Sequence record: LC768500.1
Strand: one strand, 5' to 3'
Length of the DNA: 64,000 bases
Shown piece by piece: positions 57,325 through 64,000 of the stretch. A program made the position numbers and the translations under genes. Below the pieces are notes generated by a model. It was not told the DNA's origin. It worked only from the letters and a program-made list of their open reading frames with translations, and ran no database searches. How positions within the stretch are numbered: position 1 is the stretch's first letter; every line of letters starts with the position of its first letter.

Positions 57325-57735
57325 ATGAAAAAGATTGTTTTATATTTATTCCCTCGATCTTCGCTCATCCCACCCATGAGCGTTCCGCATGTTCGTAAGG
57401 CCGACCTCCTAAAAGAGTTGGAAGATGTTGACGGATGGATCTCGGATATACAAGAGATCGCGGAGCTCGGTATCGAGGTTCGACAGCACGAATTCCTGAT
57501 TACCGATGACGGATTTAACGTTATCGCCAAAGAGTGGGAAGTTCACTTTAACGATCCCGACATTTATAGCATGCTCGAAGTATACGGGCTTCCAAAGAAT
57601 GTACGGGATAAAATTATCATCGGACTGAAAGAAATTAAGGAATTATTTACGTCGAGGGTTTGTTCGTTCCTCTCGGTGATTCCTGAAGAAACGATGGTTT
57701 TAATCGAAGCTCAACCCGTCGAAGAAGACGAATAA
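57325..57735 (+). CDS. acidic protein, tandem paralog C1
   Basis: GWISDIQEI..EW..F..IPEETMVLIE. Confidence 0.7.
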   Translation: MKKIVLYLFPRSSLIPPMSVPHVRKADLLKELEDVDGWISDIQEIAELGIEVRQHEFLITDDGFNVIAKEWEVHFNDPDIYSMLEVYGLPKNVRDKIIIGLKEIKELFTSRVCSFLSVIPEETMVLIEAQPVEEDE

Positions 57736-57752
57736 CTTTAGGATTTAACATC

Positions 57753-58130
57753 ATGTATGAGGTTACTGTTTACCATTGCTCCAGACAAGAACTGGAAAAG
57801 AAAGATCAGGATTTCTTCGAAGACCTGACCAAGAACGAAGGTTGGGTAGAAGACATTGAAGATATTGAAATGGCGCTGGGTTCCAGGGAGGATTGCATTG
57901 AAGGTCAAGAATTCAGATTACCCGTCTCTGCTTTAGATATCCTGGAAATGAAATGGGAGGGGCGTTTTGACTCTGGCATTTGCATGTGTTCCGCCATTTA
58001 CTATTTCTCGCCTGAATGCATTGAATCCGTATGTCGCGATCTTTCCGATCATGGTACTCGGGAGGCCGCTCTCTTAGCAGAGTACCTGCAGGGCATCCCC
58101 GATACCGAAATTGTCGTTATCGAAATCTAA
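57753..58130 (+). CDS. acidic protein, tandem paralog C2
   Basis: GWVEDIEDI..KW..F..IPDTEIVVIE. Confidence 0.7.
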   Translation: MYEVTVYHCSRQELEKKDQDFFEDLTKNEGWVEDIEDIEMALGSREDCIEGQEFRLPVSALDILEMKWEGRFDSGICMCSAIYYFSPECIESVCRDLSDHGTREAALLAEYLQGIPDTEIVVIEI

Positions 58131-58194
58131 TTGCTGTGTAGTTGTGGTAGTTCTTTTGGGGGCCTTCGGGCCCTCCTTTTTTAAGGAAAGTGAA

Positions 58195-58635
58195 ATGCGG
58201 GAAGACAGAAATATTTATCGTAACACAGCTTATATCAACGATCGATATGAGAGGATAGACGACGCAATAGAAGTAACACTATTTTCTTTTTCGACGTTTG
58301 AAATAGAGCAGGAAATCGTGTTTGAGTGGGTCAAGAAGAATCCTGCTATCAAGCTCGAACTTTATCGAGGTCTGAGTGATAAAGATTCACCAGTAAATAT
58401 CTGCGGGTCCGTTACTAATATAAGGATCAACCCCCTAGATTTCAAAGTCACCGGTACGCTTCGACCCGAAGGAAGAATGCGCAAAATACTGGCGGATACC
58501 ATCGATCGGTATCAGCCCGTTACCATTAACATGCGAGGGATATTTGATTTTAGACATTCCGTTTATCGTTGTACTGAAATCAAAGGCCTGGTGTTAATGT
58601 CTGACTTTAGCGCCTATCGTAAAAGGAGTATTTAA
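58195..58635 (+). CDS. hypothetical protein
   Basis: ATG at 58195 after AAGGA. Confidence 0.65.
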   Translation: MREDRNIYRNTAYINDRYERIDDAIEVTLFSFSTFEIEQEIVFEWVKKNPAIKLELYRGLSDKDSPVNICGSVTNIRINPLDFKVTGTLRPEGRMRKILADTIDRYQPVTINMRGIFDFRHSVYRCTEIKGLVLMSDFSAYRKRSI

Positions 58636-58723
58636 CTTCCATAATTTTTTAAATCGATATTATTTAAGTGTCTCAAACAAAAACTTTTTAGGTTGTTTTA
58701 ACATCACTTAGGAGTACGCCCGT

Positions 58724-59098
58724 ATGCGTTATCAACATTTTTCTATCGCCTCTTCCAAAGAAGCATTTTCCATTCGTCTTTCTTACATCCTGCAACATCT
58801 GAACAAAACAGAAACTCAGCGCTCCATCGCGGAGTATTGTGGGGTGAGTACGAGCACCATCTCCGCCATCTGCAACGAGCACGTCCAGTACGTATCCCTC
58901 AATACGCTGATGAAAATCGCGGATAAACTGAAACTTAACTACGAGGTTGTCTTTAAAGGCAATCGCGGTAAAGTGAGTAACTTTGTTACCGTTGAATCCG
59001 CCGTGGATTACATGAAGCTCGGCAAGTTGAACCCCGTTCGTAAAAATGTGATGAAGGGTAACTCCCCCGCATTTAAAGGACGGGTGGCGACGCATTAA
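58724..59098 (+). CDS. XRE-family HTH regulator
   Basis: TQRSIAEYCGVSTSTISAI..VSLNTLMKIADKL. Confidence 0.85.
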   Translation: MRYQHFSIASSKEAFSIRLSYILQHLNKTETQRSIAEYCGVSTSTISAICNEHVQYVSLNTLMKIADKLKLNYEVVFKGNRGKVSNFVTVESAVDYMKLGKLNPVRKNVMKGNSPAFKGRVATH

Positions 59099-59103
59099 TC
59101 ATG

Positions 59104-59127
59104 GTGGGAGTCCGCAAGGGCTCCCAC
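59104..59127 (+). terminator. intrinsic terminator
   Basis: GTGGGAG/CTCCCAC stem. Confidence 0.6.
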
Positions 59128-59159
59128 GCTATTTATTAATTTATTTTTTAGGATAAAAC

Positions 59160-59717
59160 ATGACCATTATCGTAGGGGTTGTAAAAGAAAAATCGTTAAG
59201 TGCGGACCGTTATATACTGGATTACAAGCAGATCAACAAAACAGTATCTTCGGTTTCACGCTACACCGAGAGTAAACTAAAAATATCTCCGGACAATCAT
59301 TTTTGTTATGTCTTCTGTGGCGAACAAAAAGAAGAGATTGTTCCATTGGTTCTTAACTATTTACTCAGATTCGAAAAAGGTCTGGTAAAGGAAGACGAAT
59401 TTATTCATTGCGGACTTAAATCCTGCGACTCCCTCATTGTGATGTCCGCGAGACATTTTTACTCAATTCAGTTAAATGAAAAACAGGGTGTTTTAGAAGT
59501 TCAAATTCGTTTAGATGGCGCAGTCACCTATCCTTTTTTAAACAACCATATGGTCGCCGGTCTCGATCTCCCAGGGGAAGTAATTCGTCAAGCACTGATG
59601 GAAGCCAATTTCATTCTCCACACCGATGAAAATGAAGTTGACGTGGTCCATCAAAAAGACCTCACTCTTATTAAGAAAGCCACCAAAAAGGAAATTAAAA
59701 ATGCTCTTTTATCTTAA
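59160..59717 (+). CDS. hypothetical protein (weak Ntn-hydrolase-like N-terminus)
   Basis: MTIIVGVV..ADR. Confidence 0.65.
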   Translation: MTIIVGVVKEKSLSADRYILDYKQINKTVSSVSRYTESKLKISPDNHFCYVFCGEQKEEIVPLVLNYLLRFEKGLVKEDEFIHCGLKSCDSLIVMSARHFYSIQLNEKQGVLEVQIRLDGAVTYPFLNNHMVAGLDLPGEVIRQALMEANFILHTDENEVDVVHQKDLTLIKKATKKEIKNALLS

Positions 59718-60159
59718 CAAGCGGGTTATCGTTGACAGCGTAGCAAACGTCTTTATGTTAGCGGACGATACTCCTCACGTCGAGTTCTTATTGGATGGTG
59801 ACAAACGATGGGCTTTCATTCCCTATCATGAAAATAACGACAATACGTTATCCGCAGCCATCTCGGTGAATGAACACGGTGTTTGTTATAATGCGTATTT
59901 CAACTATAAAACGTTAAGTCTCGATCGTCGTATTCCGTTACCCTCTAATTTGTTAAAAGCCTTTCAAACAGGGGGAGACTCCGACTACTGTAACAACATG
60001 CACGTCGCTAAGGCCGCTTTCTATTACCATAACTGCACCTTTGACGAATTCCAAGCGCTGCTAAACAAATCAGGTCGGGGGTACAAAATGTTTGATTTAT
60101 TAACAGTCTCTAAAAGACTTAAGGCGATGCAACCGGAACAATTTAACTGGGTTATTTAA
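59701..60159 (+). CDS. hypothetical protein
   Basis: ATG at 59701 overlapping the previous gene. Confidence 0.6.
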   Translation: MLFYLNKRVIVDSVANVFMLADDTPHVEFLLDGDKRWAFIPYHENNDNTLSAAISVNEHGVCYNAYFNYKTLSLDRRIPLPSNLLKAFQTGGDSDYCNNMHVAKAAFYYHNCTFDEFQALLNKSGRGYKMFDLLTVSKRLKAMQPEQFNWVI

Positions 60160-60249
60160 AACCAAGATTCCTATTATACGTTAAAGAATTTTGGATCTAT
60201 ATCACCGTCTTGATGCACTAACCATAATCTTTTTAGGAGTATTAACATC

Positions 60250-61827
60250 GTGAACGTTCGTGGCGTAAAAGTAAAAGCAGAAACCCGTCAAATTATTGAT
60301 AACACCGTAGAGCTCGTTGCAACCGCGGTAACCTCGACCATGGGCCCTAACGGCAAGCTGGTTGTTATTGACGAAACGGGTAATCCTAAAATGACCAAGG
60401 ATGGGGTGACGGTAGCGCGCTCTATCCGTTTGGATGATCGCGCAATGGACATCATCGCCAAGATGATCACCGAAGCCTCAATCAAAACGGATGCCGAATG
60501 TGGCGATGGGACCACCACCACCGTATTCTTAACAAGAGCGTTTTATAACGCCTTTAAAGATAAACTGGATTTCATGACCAAACGCCGGGTGGAAGAGTTA
60601 ACGAAAGAAACGATCGAAATGCTCAAAGGAATGACGAAGGTTATTTCTCTTGATAGCCCAGTCCTTCACAATCTGGCGTTAACAACCAGTAATAACGATC
60701 TGGATATCGTGAATAAGCTCTACGATATCTTTAAGACCATACCCGATCCCATGATTGATTATCGTCGGGGCGTAACAGGTATTGACGAGATCGAATACAG
60801 TAAGGGCAAGGAATTCACAGGCGGGTACGCGCACCCTACTTTCACTAAAGATGGAAGTGGAAGCCCGATTACGATCGAATCGGGTTATGCGTGCATCTTT
60901 GAAGGGAAGTTCAGTATTCCAGATGACGAGTCGGAATTCCTGAGGCTCTTCGATGAGATCACTAAAAGGGGATATCGTCAGACTATCGTTATCGCACGTG
61001 AATTCGACGAACACACCCTGATGGTGATGAACAAAATGAATCACGTTATGCTGAAGCAGAAACTGGTGGAGGAACCCGTTTTCATTCCTGTGCGGGTTCA
61101 GGCTATCGGAACAGCGGGAGTGGGGATCATTGGAGATATTGCAACCGTACTGGGGTTAAGTCCTGATGTGGACTATTTAGGTTGGAAGTCTCGTGACTAT
61201 GAGGTACACTGTATTGAAAACATTACGGTAAAGGGCGCGGCATTCTTCGTGGGTAGTGTATCTGATGAAGTCTCGGAACGCACAGTAAAGCGCATCGGGC
61301 AAATTAAAGATCAAATCGATAACTTGCCAGCTGCTCAGAAACACACGCCTTTGGCGAAGATCCTGAGACACCGTATCTCTACTCTGATGGGTAACCGAGT
61401 GACTGTAACCGTTGGAGGAGAAACCGCTTCCGACATCAAAGAACGACTGGATCGATTTGAAGACGTCGGTCGGGCTATCGCATCAGCGTTAACTAACGGC
61501 GTCCTTCCGGGCATTGGTTATTCATTGGCTTATGTTGGTAGTGAGCTGGTGAAGAAATATCCTGACGATTCTATAGTGAAACTGTACGCCGATGTATTGG
61601 GCGAGCAGCTTCACATGTTGATGGGTCGGGAATTCAATGATCCTGAATTAGTCTATGTCAATCTGGCTACTGGGGAAACCGGTAAGCATCCTCAAGACAT
61701 CAACGTCTGGGATGCGCAGTTAGCCACAGTCACTGCGTTAAGGGCCGGTGTCAGCACTGCTATCTCTTTGGCGAGCACCGATACGTTAATTATCGGTAGT
61801 CGTGCGGGTGGTGCAGATATTCCCTGA
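60250..61827 (+). CDS. groEL: phage GroEL-like chaperonin
   Basis: TMGPNG, TKDGVTVARSI, GDGTTT, GVLPG.G; no GGM tail; no adjacent groES. Confidence 0.93.
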   Translation: MNVRGVKVKAETRQIIDNTVELVATAVTSTMGPNGKLVVIDETGNPKMTKDGVTVARSIRLDDRAMDIIAKMITEASIKTDAECGDGTTTTVFLTRAFYNAFKDKLDFMTKRRVEELTKETIEMLKGMTKVISLDSPVLHNLALTTSNNDLDIVNKLYDIFKTIPDPMIDYRRGVTGIDEIEYSKGKEFTGGYAHPTFTKDGSGSPITIESGYACIFEGKFSIPDDESEFLRLFDEITKRGYRQTIVIAREFDEHTLMVMNKMNHVMLKQKLVEEPVFIPVRVQAIGTAGVGIIGDIATVLGLSPDVDYLGWKSRDYEVHCIENITVKGAAFFVGSVSDEVSERTVKRIGQIKDQIDNLPAAQKHTPLAKILRHRISTLMGNRVTVTVGGETASDIKERLDRFEDVGRAIASALTNGVLPGIGYSLAYVGSELVKKYPDDSIVKLYADVLGEQLHMLMGREFNDPELVYVNLATGETGKHPQDINVWDAQLATVTALRAGVSTAISLASTDTLIIGSRAGGADIP

Positions 61828-61869
61828 TACATTTTAGGGGAAGGAAACTTCCCCATTGGGAGAATTTTT

Positions 61870-62127
61870 ATGGACGTTAGCACTTCGTCAATTAAAAATT
61901 CTAATAATAGACAACATAATAATTACAGCGATTCATCCTCCGCTCCGATTCAATTGGATCGTTCGGGGGAAATTATCGACACCAGAACTAAGCTAACGGT
62001 TACTGGTGAAATTCCTCTTCGAAAGTTACCTACTTTCTCAAACCCACCGCAAAGAACAATAAGAGACGATAAAAAACCTTCATCACTCTGGGGGATGGTT
62101 AGAGCTCTGTTCTTTGTATTCATGTGA
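61870..62127 (+). CDS. small protein with hydrophobic C-terminus
   Basis: GGGAG SD. Confidence 0.5.
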   Translation: MDVSTSSIKNSNNRQHNNYSDSSSAPIQLDRSGEIIDTRTKLTVTGEIPLRKLPTFSNPPQRTIRDDKKPSSLWGMVRALFFVFM

Positions 62128-62130
62128 TAC

Positions 62131-62160
62131 TATTCCTCTACCCACGTGGGTAGAGGAATA
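62131..62160. terminator. perfect 30 bp palindrome
   Basis: TATTCCTCTACCCACGTGGGTAGAGGAATA. Confidence 0.75.
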
Positions 62161-62259
62161 ATAACGCTTTTTTATTTTTTAAGGTTATCTCACTCATGGC
62201 TAAAATTTATTTCACTTACTCTTCTATTGTATAGTAGAAACGCTTATGGGGAAATAGAA

Positions 62260-63228
62260 ATGCCGAAAATTAGTGGCTACAAAGAACATCCGGTAATAAA
62301 AAACCTTTTCATCCATCCTACGGAAGATAATCACGTCCTGTATGTTAGGAAGAAAAAAGTATCTCGGATAAAGACCCATGTCGGTAAACGCGGATATGTG
62401 ATTTTTACTATGTGGTTAAATGGGAAATCCAAGGGTTTTCGCTTCCACAAATTGAAAGCTGAAACGTATCTCAAGAAACCCAGTTCAGACCACACCCTAG
62501 TTGTCAATCATAAGGACCATGTTAAGATCAATAACGATCTCGATAACCTAGAATGGGGGACTCAGAAAGAGGATGTCGATCATTCATTAAATATCCGTCA
62601 AAAACTTTTTCCCCTCTATCGGATAATGGATTTGACTACGGGGAGATGGTGTACGGCCGGCAGTCGTAAAGGGGTGATAGAAATGCTAGCTTGCACCCAC
62701 CGACAACTCTCTAACCATATTAAAGACCCTCGCTATCCATTGCTCTTCAAGTGGGAGGTAACAAGGAGTTCCACTTGGAATCTTTCAAAAGATGACGTGG
62801 GTAGATATAACCCACGAGAGCTTCTTCCTTATGTGGTAGAAAAGAATGGTGTCGTTTTTTACCTGGCGACATTAGCTGAAGTTGGTGAATTGACAAAGAT
62901 TACTAAATACACGATTACAGTTGGTTTAAAAAATCAGCCGGTTCTGCATGCCAAGGGATTCAGTGTTCGGTTCATTAATTCCTATGAAGAATGGATGAAA
63001 ACTGTTATTGAGAAATCTTATATTGATACCATGTTGAATAGAAGTAAAGGAAATAAAAAACAGATTGAGGTAATAAACACTCTTACGAAGGAAAAAACCA
63101 TGCTGAACGGAATTATAGAGTTAATGGAGTTGACTAATTATTCACGATCTACCATCGACCGGGCAATGAAAAGTATGCGTGAAGACGGATGGGTGACTTT
63201 CAAAAATCTAAAGATAAGGTTTATATAA
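62260..63228 (+). CDS. free-standing HNH homing endonuclease
   Basis: FHKLKAETYL..VVNHKDHVKINNDLDNLEWGTQKED; ATG at 62260. Confidence 0.85.
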   Translation: MPKISGYKEHPVIKNLFIHPTEDNHVLYVRKKKVSRIKTHVGKRGYVIFTMWLNGKSKGFRFHKLKAETYLKKPSSDHTLVVNHKDHVKINNDLDNLEWGTQKEDVDHSLNIRQKLFPLYRIMDLTTGRWCTAGSRKGVIEMLACTHRQLSNHIKDPRYPLLFKWEVTRSSTWNLSKDDVGRYNPRELLPYVVEKNGVVFYLATLAEVGELTKITKYTITVGLKNQPVLHAKGFSVRFINSYEEWMKTVIEKSYIDTMLNRSKGNKKQIEVINTLTKEKTMLNGIIELMELTNYSRSTIDRAMKSMREDGWVTFKNLKIRFI

Positions 63229-63815
63229 TGGCTAAGGTATTTTTCACTTTCTCTTCGATGAATTCTGGGAAGACCACTGGATTGTTGCAATCGGCTTACA
63301 ATTACGTTGAAAGAGGAATGTCCGTCTTACTTCTTAAACCGAAACTCGATAATAGAGAAGGGGACGATCCGATAATTAAATCAAGAATAGGATTAGAAAG
63401 CGAGTGTGTTTTTATTCCTGATGACGGGGATGAATTAGTCGACCTCATTCATAATAATAAAGGTGTTTCGGCGATATTCATCGACGAGGTTCAGTTCGTT
63501 CCAGTGCGAGTGCTTAGCGCGATCATGGTAATGTGTGACACCATGGATATTCCTCTTCTCTGCTACGGTCTCCGTAACGCTTATGATGGTAAGGGATTCC
63601 CGGGATCTGATTTCTTATTACGTCACGCTGATAAACTGGTTGAATGCAAATCGATTTGTTGGTGTGGTAAAAAGGCGACCCACAACATGATGGTTGTCGA
63701 TGGGAAAGTGGTAAGGGAAACCACGTCAGGGGGAAATATGGTTGTCGGCGGTAATGAACTGTATCACGCCGTTTGCAGGTATCATTTCTTCGAAGGCAAA
63801 TACAAAGAAGATTAA
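63228..63815 (+). CDS. tdk: thymidine kinase
   Basis: SSMNSGKTT, FIDEVQF, YGLR..F.GS, C.CG..A, VCRYHF. Confidence 0.95.
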   Translation: MAKVFFTFSSMNSGKTTGLLQSAYNYVERGMSVLLLKPKLDNREGDDPIIKSRIGLESECVFIPDDGDELVDLIHNNKGVSAIFIDEVQFVPVRVLSAIMVMCDTMDIPLLCYGLRNAYDGKGFPGSDFLLRHADKLVECKSICWCGKKATHNMMVVDGKVVRETTSGGNMVVGGNELYHAVCRYHFFEGKYKED

Positions 63816-63893
63816 CTTATATTTATTTTGAGATCTACATTATCATGGTGTAAGCATAGTACGTTTTTATTTTCCTTTTTAGGAGTTAACATC

Positions 63894-64000
63894 ATGATGA
63901 GCCAACTTGTAAATATTCTGAGTGAACACAGATCGGCGTTTATTTGGCCTTCCAACATCCTTCAGTTAGAAGATGAATACTTCTATCTCTCGGTCAAGAT
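63894..64000 (+). CDS. 5' part of a gene running off the window
   Basis: Repeated leader; frame open to the window end. Confidence 0.55.
   Translation, partial: MMSQLVNILSEHRSAFIWPSNILQLEDEYFYLSVK

Noticed and set aside
4504-61883. Numerous short minus-strand and nested ORFs in the track (e.g. 4504..4833, 12821..13120, 32595..32972, 42605..42973, 58688..59095)
   Set aside because: They are shadows of well-supported + strand genes and have no SD or recognisable domain.
26794-63815. DHFR, thyA and tk as a novel pathway or sign of modified DNA
   Set aside because: These are standard dTTP-supply genes of large phages; thyA looks canonical and no hypermodification genes accompany it.
1-64000. 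tRNA/rRNA genes
   Set aside because: No cloverleaf with a GTTCRA T-loop was seen in intergenic DNA by eye; tRNAscan-SE or ARAGORN would confirm.

Overview
This is an uninterrupted 64 kb segment of a large lytic dsDNA phage genome, most likely a phiKZ-related jumbo phage of Enterobacterales. The assignment is inferred from TATATTAC-type early promoter motifs, TATG late-promoter motifs, a GroEL-like chaperonin and the gene content; no hallmark capsid or RNAP gene lies in the window. From 3.0-21.3 kb there is an array of seven paralogous tailspike/depolymerase genes sharing one N-terminal anchor domain. One is split by a single-base frameshift exactly in a G6 run, and one is inverted. From 21.4-64 kb lies a dense + strand accessory region with a solo TnpB and omegaRNA flanked by a duplicated promoter/RBS, candidate anti-defence genes (Tad2/DUF2829, RyR domain, papain-like + gp49/66 fusion, orphan HigA, MazG-like, QueC-like), dTTP genes (DHFR, thyA, tk), two free-standing HNH endonucleases, a chaperonin, tandem paralog pairs, a repeated start-associated leader and a family of long palindromes. 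I found no tRNA, rRNA, CRISPR array or integrase by eye. Family calls come from motif recognition and were not checked by database search.
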